In this document: positions 49,570 to 63,505 of the stretch, one piece after another
Layout of the letters: each line of letters opens with the position of its first letter
Position numbering within the stretch: the stretch's first letter is position 1
Source of the DNA: Takakia lepidozioides
Taxonomy: Eukaryota > Plantae > Bryophyta
Length of the DNA stretch: 64,000 nt
Direction: 5' to 3'
Assembly: GCA_030704615.1 (NCBI GenBank)
Contig: CM060734.1
Span: 31,682,001 to 31,746,000, forward strand
The notes under the pieces: model-generated
Databases searched by the model: none
Seen by the model: only the letters and a program-made list of their open reading frames with translations
Told to the model about the DNA's origin: nothing
Position numbers and translations under genes: made by a program

Positions 49570-50960
49570 AGCATTCACCTTTTTGCCTCGATTGTCCCGC
49601 CATTGCCTGGGGTCAGAAAAGTATCAGAATTCAACATGAAAATTTAGGGCCAATTTTGATAAGAGGGAAAAACAGGGTGAAATCTGTTGAAGAAGGTACC
49701 TTCATTAGCAGTGCCTGATTTTATCAATTGAGCCACTGGTGCTGTGGCTTCCAGTTTACCATCTACCCATGCAGGTTTCATGTAGCTATCCTTCCACAGG
49801 GAATCATAGGTAATCTGGAGCTTGAAATTCGGCCCTCTTGGATGAATCTGGACCCACACTCTATCCCTGCTCCTTCAGCTATCCAGACCTCTGCACAAAT
49901 CATGCACACATCCTTGCCTTGCTGCAGCTAGCAGCTGAATCAGCTGACACTGACGCCCTAACCCTACCTACAGTAGCATGTCAAAATCACTCCAAAACCA
50001 CCATAGATCCACCAACGAGCTTCTCCTAATCTATGTTATCTGTTTTTGGATACTTTCCTGCTGCCACATCGGCAGTAACTTGTCAAAGTCACTCCTAACC
50101 ACCACAGATCCACCCAACGAGCTAACTTATAGAATTCAATATGCATCTCAGGGCCGAGTCTGATGAGAGGGTAAAACAGGCAGAAATAGGTTGAAGAAGA
50201 AGGTGCCCTCACCACATTGTCGACCTTGACCTTGTGTCATGACCCATGGAGGATTTGACAGACCATCAACCCAAAGATCCTCTTGTGTGTGCTGCTTGTG
50301 TCCATCGTCAGGAACTGTCGGATTGGTTTGTGAGAACAACCACGGTGCAGAGCAGAGATTGAAACACGGCCTGCTAAGACCAAGCTCTCTCCCAAGAACC
50401 TTGTAAAAACATCAGGAAGAATACCAAATCATGGTACTAACAGGAGCCAACAGCCCACATTTACATGATGGACAAACTTCTTCACATCGTACATTAAGAA
50501 AAACCCACACCTTGCGATTGCAGTTGTCGCACCATCGTGAAGGATCTTTACAAAATTCATGCCTGCTCTGCTCCGTGCTGCAAATTCAGGGCCGAGTCTG
50601 ATGAGTGGGAAAAACAGGCTGAAAGACGTCGAAGAAGGTGCCCTCACCACATTGTCCTCGACCTTGTATCATGACCCATCGAGGATTTGACTGACCACCT
50701 CTTGTGTGTGCTGCTTGTGTCTGTAGTCAGGTAATGTCGGATTGGTCTGCGAGAGGATTGGTCTGCGAGAACCACCACGATGCAAGCTGAGCGGGCGGAG
50801 ATTGAAACACGGCTTGCTAAGACCAAGCCGACTCTCCCAAGAACGTTGTAAACATCATGAAGAATACCAAATCATGGTACTAAGAGCCCACATTTGCAGG
50901 ATGGACAAACATCTTCACATCGTACATTAAGAAAAGCCACACCTTGCGATTGCGCTTGTC
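49570..50960 (-). pseudogene. Repeated OSB-like PDF-motif exon/intron fragments
   Basis: HPRGPNFKLQITYDSLWKDSYMKPAWVDGKL; NPTVPDDGHKQHTQEDLWVDGLSNPPWV; homologous to 2440-3080 and 5540-6195. Confidence 0.7.
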
Positions 50961-53900
50961 CACCCAAGCTATTGCATATCCTGCAGATCCTCCCACGCAA
51001 ACATAGCAAAACGATCAAGTCCCATAACTTACTCATCGCTGAACGCAGCCCTAAATCCATTTTGAATTATTTGGATGAATGTATCGTAGATGGATGGATT
51101 TTGGGTTTTCCATCAATCTATCCATCCATCCATTTAATTTTCCGTTCATCCAATAGTTGCCAGCAAGGCGTTTGCTTTACCGTTCATTCATACGTTCATC
51201 CAGTGCACACAAATTATATTTCATACGTTCAGCCAACAGCTACCAGCAAGACGTTTGTTTATCATTCGTTCAGATAATTCAGTTGTTCTGTTTCACTAAC
51301 CTTTCATACGTTCATCCAATAGCTGCCAGCAAGGCGTTTGTTTATCATTCGTTCAGATAATTCAGTTGTTTTGTTTCACTAACCTTAACCAGCACACGAT
51401 TAGTTTACTATTAATGTGTTGGATCAGTGAAAAAATAGTTAAATGTTTTTACTTCTTATTATCCACGTATATATTGCTATATATAGTTTATATATTGTGA
51501 TTACACATGCCATTGCTAAACTGGTTGTCTCAGTCAGCTCATTTTAGGTAGTCAAAATCTCTCACTACAGTCAAAATTTTCGCGGTTGTCTAGCACCTCG
51601 AATATTTTAATATAAATTTTGACTGCAAAATGGTTGGAACAGTCGAAAGTGACAACAGTCAACGCCAGCGTCAAACTAAATCGTCGAAATTACATAGGGT
51701 GTGTTGTAGTGTGGTCGCCAAGACTTGCAAGGTAGGCAACTACTCTTGTGAGTTGTATAAGAGCTTGGAGCCTTGCGTAAAAGGAGTCAGTTAATGTTCG
51801 TGAGCGGGATAATTTTCGGAACTAACGTGTCGTTGTTGGTGGACACAGGAGCGTCGCACTCCTTCATGACACCGGCAACGGCACGGAAGCTGGGGTTCCC
51901 GACAAGTGATGTGGGGGCCTCTATTGAAGTGCGTTCTGCCAAAGGAAAACCACAACTGGCGACGAGGTTAGCGTTCCTCTTCAGCTGGGGAGTTGGGAGG
52001 GACGTGAAAACTTTCACCATTGGTGAAATCGATGGAGTGGATTTCATTTTGGGGATGACCTTTTTGAGCAAATCCATAGCGGTCATAGATGGCCGCACGA
52101 GAGTAGTCACGCTACCGTGTGGGAATGGTGGCGAAGTTTTACGGGTGCCGAAAACGCCCAACCGAGTGGGAGGACAAATTATAAACCTACTGACAGCAAA
52201 TGAATGGGCCGTGGAGGAGCCCACACGAGCCCCAGTTTTTGCTTTACATCAGACAAGGAGATCCTAGAGAAATACCAGGATGTGATGCCGGAGGATTTGC
52301 CTAGCGGCTTGCCACCGCGAAGAGGAGTTGACCACAAGATAGAGGTGATACCAAGATCGGAGACGCCTGCCAAGGCGCCCTACCGGTTGAGCCACAAAGA
52401 GTTGGTTGAGCTGAAGGCCCAGCTCAAGGATCTAATGGCAAAAGGGTACATCCGGCCGAGTAAGTCACCTTACGGAGCCCCGGTACTATTCGCAGATAAG
52501 AAGGATGGGGCGCTGCGGATGTGTGTCGATTACAGGGCTATGAATAAAGTGACTATCGAAAACCGACCGGTACCCTTTGCCAAGGATTGACGACCTCTTC
52601 AATCGGCTGGCAGGAGTAACGTATTTTAGCCGGATCGATTTACGTTCGGGTTACCACCAGATCCGGATAGCGGAAAGAGATGAGGAAAAGACAGCATGCA
52701 GGACAAGGTATGGCTCATACGAATTTTTGGTGATGCCTTTTGGGCTCACCAACACACCAGCAACCTTTAGCACCTTGATGAACTGCCTCTTTTAGGAGTG
52801 GTTGGATGACTTTGTGATCGTGTACATCGACGACATCTTGGTGTACTCGAAAACGAAGGAAGAGCACTTGGAGCACCTCAAAAGGGTGTCCCAGAAATTG
52901 TGGGAAGGGAAGTTGTATGCCAAAGCTTCAAAGTGCGAATTCGGGTTCACAAAAGTGGAGTTCCCAGGGCATGTGATTACACAGGATGGGATCAAAATGG
53001 ATGACAAAAAGGTGAGGGCGATCTTGGACTGGGAACCTCCAACTTCGGTCCCGGGAGTGCGATCCTTCCTAGGACTCGCCTCATATTACCGAAAATATAT
53101 GAGAAATTTTGTCAAGATCGCGGGGCCACTGTCAGACCTTCTGTGTAAGTCCAAGGTATGGGTATGGAACACCTTTTGTGGCCAAGCTTTTGCCGAGTTG
53201 AAGCCCTAGTCTTGAAAATCCCGGAGTTCGTCCGTCCATTTGAGATTCATACAGATGCGTCGAACTTCGCAATCGGGGATGTGCTCATGCAGGATGGACG
53301 TCCAGTGACTTACAAAAGTAAGAAACTGAATGAAGTGGAGTGACGGTGGCCTACGCACGAGAAAGAAATGAAGGCGGTGGTGCATTGCCTTGAGCTTTGG
53401 CGCCATTATGTTGGTTCCAACCCGGTGAAGGTGTTCACTGACAATGTCACAGTGAAGTATTTTGCCACACAACCTAAGTTGTCCCCAAAACAACACAGGT
53501 GGCAAGACACTTTGGCAGTGTTTGACATGGATATCCAGTACAAACAGGGACAGGACAATGTGGTGGCCGATGCTTTAAGTAGAAAGCAGCAGCTCATGTT
53601 GATGTACAGGGGCAAGACGGTGCTCCAAAGGAAGATCCGGAAGGCTTACCGGAAGGTTGAAATGACGAAGTCCGTGATGCGGGACTTGAGGTTGGGGGTT
53701 AAATCGCAGTTCCACTTGCACAATGGACTGCTCCGGTACAAGCAAAAGCGTCTCTACGTACGGAAAGGAGGGATCAGAGATAGTCTCTTGAGAGAATGCC
53801 ACGATGGCCCGCTTGCGGGCCACGGTGGAGCCAAGCGCACCGCGGCACTCTTGAAGAAAGAGTATTTCTGGCCCAAACTAAGGGAGGAGGCCGAGGAGTT

Positions 53901-55569
53901 TGTCAAGACATGCACCACATGCCAACAAAACCGGAGCGAGTACAAAAAGCAAGCGGGGCTGTTACAATCTTTACCGATTCCAGAGGGTTCATGGGAGAGT
54001 GTCTCCATGGATTTCATGACTGCTTTGCCACTATCAAAAGGATTCGATGCGATCACGGTGGTGGTGGATAGGTTCAGTAAAATGGGCCATTTCAGCCCTA
54101 CCAAGGAAACAACAACGGCGCAGGAGACGGGATGACTTTACTTCGCCCACGTTTTCAAGCATCATGGACTGCCGAAGGACAGTGTTTCAGACCGCGATCC
54201 AAAGTTTACAAGTAAATTTTGGAGAGCACTTTGGAAGAAAATGGGGACGAGGCTTAAGATGAGCACGGCCTTCCGACCTACAACGGACGGCCAAATGGAA
54301 AGAGTGAACTCCGTGGTGAAGCAGATCTTGCGGAATTATATGTCGGCAGACCAGTCGGACTGAGTGGAGCACTTGGATGCGGCATAGTTCATTTATAATA
54401 ACACAAAACATTCCGCAACGGGAGTTTCCCCTTTCGTATTGGTCTATGGAAAAGCACCTCTGGTGCCGACAAGTTGGGCCGTCCAGGACGATGAGTAACC
54501 GGCAGCAGCAGCGGTGCTGGAAGAACGCGAGCGTTTGTTGGAGCTCGCAAAATACAACATTGCCAAAGCTAGGAAACAGTGTGAACGGCAGGCGAATCGG
54601 AAGCGGAGGGAAGTTAAGTTTGAGGCAGGTATGGAGGTCTGGTTGAACATCAAGAATTTTTGACTACCTCCGGAAGTGAGTCCGAAGTATGAATTAGAGC
54701 TGCCGGCAAACAGCAAGGTGCATCCAGTATTCAACGTTTCCCTTTTGAAGCCTTACTTCAAAGATGAAGCATGCCCAAATCGACATCAAGTGTTGCGTCC
54801 GCCACCTATGCTGTTGGATCATGAAAATGAACCTGAGTACGAGGTGGAGGCAGTGCTTAAGTCGAGGAGGTTTAAGAATCGAGAAACGGAGTACCTCGTG
54901 AAATGGAAGGGCTATCATCAAGTGGAGGCAACTTGGGTGCGTGTTTCAGAAATGGGAAACGCATCCGAGGCGGTTGCAGCTTTCGAAGGGCGACCTCAAA
55001 AGCAGAAGAAGCGTTGATGGGGACATCGACCTTGGATCGTGGGGGAGGAAATGCATGCTTAGTCCGGCTTAACTAGCTTAGGAATCCGATTGCAAAGACT
55101 TGTGTTGTATAAATTTTGTTTATAAATGAAACGGTTTCCAAATGTTGTGCGTCCTATTTTGTTTGGAATGGTGATGCATGGTATGGTTGGCTAGTGTGTA
55201 GAATGCATGCTAGCTTACAAAAATGGGAGAAATAAATTGGATTAATCGTGTGTTTGCGCAGTGCCGAAATCGGGTGACTCCCATCCAGGGGCAAAGAAAC
55301 TTGCGTCTTCTTTGGGAATTCACGTGCTAGTGCGCACCTGGCGCTACCGAGGGGGTTGCCTTGTAGTGCGGGCTAACGCGGAAGCTACGTGCTTCCGTTC
55401 ACGTACTATAATCGTGTAGCCTCGAGACAAAGCCGTAGTGCGGCTTTGGCGTGTTCCCGTACCTCAGGCCAACATTCCAAGGCGGACCCAATTGTAGTGA
55501 TTGGGCCGCACGGTTGATTCAAGGTTATCTTCCTAGTAAAAAAGGGTTCAAGATGAACCCTTGCTCAAG

Positions 55570-58503
55570 GTGATGCCAAAAAGCGGCATCATGAGCGATC
55601 GCAAGCAATGTTGTTGCAGTAAGGCGATTCGATCCTCGGGGAGGATCATTCCTTGGCCTTAAAGTGGGCCAAGAAGAGTGCACTGGGTGGAGCTTGAGAG
55701 GCTCCACCCCTGGCTGAGACTTGGAAGAAGTCGGCACGACCCAAAAACCTTGGTCTTACTTATAGAGCTAGGCACCCCTTATCCTGTGGCTCCTTTGAAT
55801 CACATATGGATATCATCCCCTCTCCCTTACGACAAAAGAACTAAATACCAATTCCCCTAAACCAGGCCATCAATTGAGAGTCACCCCCTCAGCCTGTCAA
55901 TACCCCAAGATGCAGGTTAGTCTCTTTTCATGGAACATCAGAGCGATTGGCTTTGACCAGGCTGTGCTCAAAAAAATTAAATTACGCACCTGGTTGGCAC
56001 CACTCCAACAGGCAGATGCAATAGTCTTCTTTCAAGAACACAAGCTCTGCCAATATAAAATAGATCACTTATCTGACCATCTCTGGCCTGCGCATGCTGC
56101 TCTTTGGAAGCCATGTCACGAGGGCTCCAAAGGGGGCACCTCCATTCTACTGGCCCCTACTCTTGTCCAATTCATCATTAAGGAAGAGGTTTGGGAGCCA
56201 GGGAGAGTCCAGTTCTGCTCCCTCAAGCTCCCTAACCTCCCAGACCCTGTAGGACTAGTCAACATCTACGCTCCCAACACCTACCAAGAAAGGGCAGACC
56301 TCTAGCACCTCATTAATTGTAAGATGTGCTCCCAGCCTCAGACCCACTTTTGGGTCCTGGCATGAGACTTCAGTATGGTAGACAATGACAAAGATAGACG
56401 TGGTTCGGGCTCCCCTCACCTTCACCCTGAGGAAGAAGCCCCTTGGCTCTTGCTCATTCATATCCATAACCTGGTAGAGATTGATACACCAGCTGACAAC
56501 TCCAGGGGCATCAACCCCTCCTTCACCTGGACTAATAACCGAACGCTCCAGGACCGTTGCATGGCTCATCTTGATAGAATCTACATCTCCCTCTCCATCT
56601 CCAATGGCGCCAATCGACACCCACAGGACCCCATTGCTCAAGGTTTTGACCATGCCTTGATAGCTGCCACATTCTCCATACCCCAGGTAAGGAAAAAAGG
56701 CAGAGGCATTTACAAGCTAATACTTCCCACCTCCGAATTCCCTCCTTCAAACTCCCCCTAGAGCAAGCCTGGTCTTAAACCTCGACAGACACCCTCTGCC
56801 CCGTCCAAAATTCACCAGCAAGCTCCAAGCTGCATGCAAAGTAAGCCAGGATATGAGCGGAGACACAGCTGCCTCTCCGAAACGGCGCATCAAAGCCCTC
56901 AGGAAATGCTTGGCCATCTGCCAGAAGAAGATCGAAACCAACTCTTGCGATGCTCACACTTTTGACACATACCTAGAGGCCCGCCAAAACCTAGATAAGT
57001 TTAAGCTAATGCAGGAACAGAGCTCAATGGATGCAGCAATTCAAAACAATGTAAACATCAAAATGGTGGCCTAGGCTTGATTGACTCTGATGCACAAAAT
57101 CTCTGCCCTCCTTGGTAAGTGAGTTCCTCGCATTTTCAGTAACCCTTTTGCCTTGTGGAATATCTTGGAAAATGTAGCACCACTGGACTGACTCTCTTCT
57201 GCCTCCTTTGCTTGGATAGGAGGAACGCAGATCCAAAACCTGCAACTGGACCCCGGGGAATGGAAGGGGAAATTTGGGGACACACCATCCAACTTCTTTG
57301 CCTAGTCCGCCAAGAAGGCTTACAGGGCTCTCACAAACGCCATATCTCTTCTTGACAAGTGGGATAGGAAATGGTCCAATGAAAACTTCCACCATGAAAA
57401 CTGGGGTAGTATTTGGAGCTTAATCTGGGACAAGAGAAAACTTGCAAAAATTAGTGCATTCTTGTGGCAGATTGCAAATAGAGTGCTCAAGGTAGGCCAG
57501 TTCCTCAATTTTCTGGAGGCACTACTTTGCTCCTGCTGCAACTTGGGATCTATCGAGTCACTTGAGCACTGCCTCATCCACTGTCAGGCACCAAAGCTAA
57601 TTTGGCCACTTGTGGCAAGCTTCTACACTGCCTGGGAACCCTTCCCAATCAGTAGGGTGGTGCTGCTTCTTAACTACGATAAGGAGGCTATGTCCATTGC
57701 CATAGACTGTCCAAATTTTGAAGCACTCAGGGGGATCATTCTCTGGCACCTGTGGAAGGCCAGATGCTCATGGACCTTGGAAAACACAAACTCCACAGCT
57801 ACTGCTACTCTTACTAAGACATTTTTTGATCTTACCATAGCAGCTAAAATGGCTTTGGAAAAAGTGTGTGCAGGCATCGCCAAAGCCCCTAAGCGCCAGC
57901 ATGCCCTCATCAGCACATTCCGAGCCACATGGGGAAGAAATGGCATCATTTGCGATTGTACAAGCCCAAGCCCAGACTCCCGTGTTTGGCCAAAACAAAT
58001 CCCCGCTCAATGGCAACAACACAGATCCCTCCTCTTCCGCTTCCCCTGAGTTCGACAAATCGGACGTCAATTGGAAGCATCTCAAGGCATCGACGAAGAC
58101 CAGGCTGATTTACAGATAGACGGGGGGATACCCCCAGCCTCCTCGGTCTCTTTTAGAGCTCTCCAAAAACTTTTAAGATAGGCCAACCAGCCTAGTAATA
58201 TTCAGGGCCCTCTTTCCCTGGCCATTGGTTGATTACCAAGTCTTCATTAGACAATCGTTCTAGAGGTCCTGCTGCTTTAGAAGTGCTCTACTGGTCTTTG
58301 CATGCATGTACGTGCAGTATACAAGTTTCTTCGGGATATCCGTCACGAACTTCGTGAGTTAAGCCTTATGGCAGCCTTCCGGCATCAAGGGTTTTACATT
58401 TTTTTCCCTGCCAATAATGCTAATAAAGTTCCGTCAGGGCACCGCCCCTGTTCAGTCCAAAAAATAAAATAAAAAATAAAAAATAAAAAATAAAAAATAA
58501 AAA
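55570..58503 (+). mobile_element. L1-like LINE remnant: AP endonuclease, no RT core, C-terminal zinc finger, A-rich tail
   Basis: SWNIRAI..QEHK..NIYAPN..HLDRIY..DH from ATG 55910; CSCC...ESLEHCLIHC (57462-58049); AATAAA then (AAAATAA)n at 58459-58503; 5' boundary uncertain. Confidence 0.85.
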
Positions 58504-59123
58504 TGAAACACTAGATTCATTTCACTTCATCTTTTGATCTCTAATTGACTATATTAACCATCAATATGCCTATTTGAAAAACTCCAGAGAGGGAAAGATG
58601 CTAAATTCTTCCCTGAAACAAGAACTAGAGACCCCATGTATAGAGAGGACCCATGTAATGCAATTTGAAGGAGAGGGGCACATCCGGGGTTGAGTTTTGA
58701 TGCCTTTCATGTTCTCAAGGGTCAATTTGCCCTCAAATAGGGCCTATTGCAAAATTTTCCCTAAGAAGAAAGGGTCTGTTGTGGGTGTTGGGCCTCTCGG
58801 CCCACATGCAGTTGTCCCCAGTATTTCCAGCCTCTGAACCGCCTGTGCCAATCTGGTATAGCATTGCAAGTACACTCAATACCTACCTCAGGAAGAAGCC
58901 ATCGTTTTGCAATAATCTCGGATGAAAATAAAAGCAAATTGACAATGCGTGCATGTATACCTATGACATGACCAATAAGTTACTTCAAAATGGGTTGAGC
59001 TGCGAAGATTGAGCACCCATACTGTCACTTATGTAAGTGACCGAATACAACCATCCAAAAGTTCTGGCATGAGTACAAACTGTAAGGGTATGTGTGCGAG
59101 GAGGTTTCGGCTGGGAGCTCGCC

Positions 59124-59295
59124 GTTCTTGGGAGAGTCAGCTTCGTGATCTTAGCAAGCTGTGTTTCAATCTCTACCCATTCGGCCTTGAATTTGCAGCA
59201 CGGAGCAGAGTTGGCATGAGTTTCTTAAAGATCATTCACAATGGTGGGACAACCGCAATCGCAAGGTGTGGCTTTTTCTTAATGTACGATGTGAA
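59124..59295 (+). pseudogene. Third copy of the OSB-like exon/intron fragment
   Basis: SWHEFLKDHSQWWDNRNRK|gtgtgg; reverse complement of the 50480-50850 pieces. Confidence 0.7.
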
Positions 59296-60489
59296 ATAAA
59301 GTGCCAAGGGCCACTGTCCCATGTTCCAAAAAAAATAAAAAATAAAATAAAAAATCCCTTGAACAATTTCAATAAAATCTTAAGATACTTCCAAGAAAAC
59401 TCAAATCTAAGAAGGTTCGAGATATGTATAGAACACCTACCTACAGTCATTCTCTGATTATAGGTAGAAGCCAGCAGATCAACAATTTCAATTAGGCAAG
59501 GCTGATAACCCTAAGAACAGTTCACAGTTAAGACCCAAAGAATATCCACAAGTGTCCCAAACCTTCTATGACTCGACAAGCCTATAATAGGCCAGCACCC
59601 GTAATTCATAAAGCTCTCATGCAACATATACATAAGATCATCTACCAACTTTTCTTAATAAGCCAAAAGTTAGCCTCAACCACAATCCTAGACTCTGTAT
59701 TTGTTGCTGGTCAGACGTTCAGACCTGATTGATTAATTAAATTCTAGCCTCATAATACAAATACAGGTGCAATTAGTTTCTCAAAGCTTAGGATTGCCAA
59801 GTCTCATATGTAAATTCACCTTTTCAGACAGTAGACACGTTTCTAGTCCGATCAGGGTTTCCTGCTTACAGATAAACAATGGGCATTTTTGTGGATAGAG
59901 GGCAATGTATAACAGGACCAAGATAAAGAATTCAAAAAAGCTCTAGGATCTCATCTAGGGAAGTTCTTAAATTTATAAAAAATAAAAAAATAAAAAAACT
60001 GTAATGAATGCGGAGATAAACGGGTGAGATGTAGCTCCGCATGTTGCGGTGAGACGAGAGAAGCAACGGTAACTCAAGCTCGTCGAGCGATCAGCGATAT
60101 GCGAGACAAAGCCACTTTCCTTCTTAGTGTCTAACCGTCACCGTCTTCGCTGTCTCTTCTACTTGCAATCCTTTACTCAGGCTCATCAAAGCAAGAAGCC
60201 CCCTGATGAATGGAGCTCCAGAAATTTTCAACTACAAACCAATCTTCATCAAGTCTATCTAAACACAAACATGTATCCATCTACCTTCATCCTGATGATT
60301 TTTTCGAGAAAATCTTTCGCTTCAATGCGCCCCATTCTCACAGTACCCATTTTGGCCTGACTGGAGCTATCATTCATTAAAGGCTGAGCTATCATCCTTC
60401 CACCACCTTTTGCCTATACCAAGGGTGTCTCTCCCCAAGCCTCTCTCCAGATCGTGTTCTAGACTCTGGGCAAGCCACATCTCCCTCTA

Positions 60490-63172
60490 TTGATTAAGCG
60501 AACCTCTCTTTATCAGTCGAAGATGGGTCCTAATGTTCAGTTCAAGGGTGTGTGCAACAACCCCAGGAGCAGAATCAATCGCTCAAGCATGCATGCGCCC
60601 CCACCTGCCATGCATTTGCGGCAATCGGGTGATGCCTTCTTCCTGGCCCACCAGGCTCAAGCAACAGGTCGAATGGACAAAGTCCGTGCCTTAGCCATTG
60701 GAGCGGTGTCTTCAGGTCCAATGGACAACGACAATGTCAATGCCTTGGCCACTGCTGCAGTGTCTTCAGCTGACCGATCAGTCCCCCCACCTCACACTCC
60801 ACAAGCCAGAGGAAGCATTGTCTGAGGATGGCGATATTGAAGAATCGCAGGCAGAAATGGAAGAAGTGGCGCTCTCGATAGCCATTGATTTTGATTCCCT
60901 TTGTGACAAGGTCACTGGATGCCAGGAACGAGGTATTCTCTTGCATTTGCCCGGGAAGAAGCAGAACAGAACTGATGTAAGGGACTGGGTGACCTCACAC
61001 CTTGGAGGATCGGGCGATAAGCAGCAACATTTTGTCATCCGAAAGGTCGTGGTTTTTTTTCCATAATGTTTGAAACAAAAGCAGCAGCAAATCATGCCCT
61101 GGCGTTCAACCCCCACAAACTGGGGTTCAATGTTAACATTTTTCCATGGTCTCCTCAGATGGGTAACATGAACGGGAAAATTTGGGCCCCCAAGGATCGT
61201 TACTGTCTGTGGAATCCCAGATCAATACCTATATTTCCTCCCAAACATTGGGAATTCCTTTGGTTACTACCTGGGTTGTCTGGCTATTTTTGATCCTCAG
61301 ATGTGTCTAGACAACTTGAGAAAAAAACAAACATGGAAATGAGTCACAATTGCTTCCAAAATGAAGGAGAATGGTTTGCCCAAAATTGTGATTATGATGC
61401 CCAATGAGGGCAAAATCCCAAGCTACATCAGGCTGCCCATGGACAACAAGGGAAACTTCTTCTCAGTCAAACTAATGGAATCGCCTGGTACAGGTTGTTT
61501 CAACTGTGGAAAGCAGGGTCATATGAAAGCAGACTGTCCCACTGGAAAGAGAAAACGCCACTCCCCAATCCAATTGGCCTCTACTTCACTTCTGGCAACC
61601 TCTGCTCCGCTGATTGCAACCTCTCACAGGAATCAAATAACACCAGCAAACGGCCTCTACACCAACGGGTCCAAAGCGCCTCTGGGGAATGCCTCTTCTA
61701 AGGAGAAAGTACCCTCAACTCAGACTATGCAAGCACCTATGGGGAATGCCTCTTCTAAAGAGAAAGTACCCTCAACTCAGTCAATGCCTAGTCAGGATCA
61801 GGCAGCTGCTTTAAAACAAACTACACCTGGTATCTATGGTGATAGCCCTGGCTGGCCCCTATATGGGATTCCATCATCATCAGCAGCACCAACTGCCAAA
61901 AAACACCGCAGACCAAATGACCCAATGGAGCTGGAAAATGACATCTCCAGATCTGTAGAGAACACCAGGCCCCCCCTCCAGTATATCCATGGCGGCGAGG
62001 AGATGTCAGCTGACATTCTGTGGTCACCAATACCGGAGTTACAGCGGAATTCAGTGATCATGGAGGCCCCACGAGATCAGTCATCCCCACAACATGGGCC
62101 AATCATCACATCCACAACAGTTCTTGTTGATTCTGAAGATACCCCAGCAACACTCGCAATGTCACATCCAAATCATGAAATCACTGGGCCCCCCTCCAAC
62201 TCCAAGGCCCCTATGAGATCAATTGACTTTCAAAATCCAGATGTAAACATAGGAATTGCACTTAACCCTATAATTGCTAATATATGCCTGAGGTTGCGGA
62301 CCTTCCCCACTCTCTCTCTCTGTGGATGCACTCAGCTGGTCTCTTCAATGGAACCCCAAGCCACTTGCATTACCCCGCTGATATTCTGCAACAAGGATGA
62401 ACCGAGAATTCTGATCACATCCCCTGACAGGGAGGGGATGGAATCTTTGTGGATCACAACAATGGACATTCGAAAATTCGTCATCAAGGAGCCCATAGAT
62501 GATAGCCCTATCCCTACTCTCAGAAGAAAGATTGAGGAATACTTTCATATACATCTCCCACAGTTTTCACTTTCAAGCTCTGTTCCAATCTCTTGGGCTT
62601 CCTACATTGAGGTATACCCTGGCCTGAGTGACGGCCCATCCACACTGGTTCTGGCCCTCATAAATGTGGAGCACTTATGCTCTAATCTGCCCTCGCTCTG
62701 TGACATTTGGGTCCGTGAGAAGAGTAGTTCGGATCCCTGGTGCACACAACAGGCTCAGTTTCGAACAAAGGATACGCTTCACAATGTTTTTGCATTGCTC
62801 TCTGCTTTGCTAGAGGCGGAGGAAGGCATGCAATCCACCAGGCAGGGAATCACAGCCAGTCTCTCGGAGGACTCGGTGGAATCGGCCCAAGAATCCCTGA
62901 TGGCGGTCAAATCAAGGGGGAGGCATGAAGCTGCCATGGGAAAGGCTAGGCTCAATCACACATCACTTATCCTCAAGCTGCCTTTTCTCCCAGCACAACC
63001 AGTCAACATGGAGGCTCAGGTACTCCCCAATCCACTCATTGTATTCATTTTCTCTAGGAAAGCTACAGATTTGCAGAGATGCATGGTGCTATGCAGGAAG
63101 CCTGTCAACAAAAAGGGGAGAAAACCAAAACCCTGCCATCACTCTGGTGGAGTCTCCAAACTATGCACTTAG
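60490..63172 (+). pseudogene. LINE ORF1 (CCHC knuckle), frameshifted in its N-terminal part
   Basis: CFNCGKQGHMKADC; lies upstream of an AP endonuclease ORF; 57 bp in-frame tandem duplication at ~61675-61790. Confidence 0.75.
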
Positions 63173-63505
63173 CTCTAAATCTGAACCAAGCAACTCAGCC
63201 ACTGTCAAACCTTCAGACGCAAACCATCGTAGCCTCCATTGGCCTAGTTGCGGAGCCAACCCCCAGTCTGGCTCCAACAGAATTTTCTATGGCCTGCACA
63301 AAACAATTCAAACCTATACCTGAATCTTCCACCCATACCCTGGCAAGGGTGTTATTCATCCAGCTCCTGTCGCCCCATCGAAAGCTCCTAAAAAACCTAG
63401 TATGGGAATGTTCCTTACTTCCTTCGGACATGAGAGCAAGATTCTCATTCTCATCCTCAAGGCCATCAAATAAGAGCCCAACTCTTGGCCCATCCTTCTC
63501 CTTAA

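Larger units (their letters stand above)
46916..51711. mobile_element. Second non-autonomous CACTA carrying gene fragments
   Basis: TIR CACTACAA(T/C)ACA, 3 bp TSD TGG (46913-46915, 51712-51714), subterminal AGTCAA/GTCGAA repeats. Confidence 0.9.
46418..55051 (+). mobile_element. 5'-truncated chromoviral Ty3/gypsy (gag C-terminus, PR, RT, RH, IN, chromodomain, PPT); 3' LTR begins ~55052
   Basis: FVAGL, CFNCREPKHMAKKC; LVDTGASHSF; YIDD; TDASNFAIG; SMDF; EYEVEAVL...YLVKWKGY...TW; PPT GGGGGAGGAAA. Confidence 0.9.
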
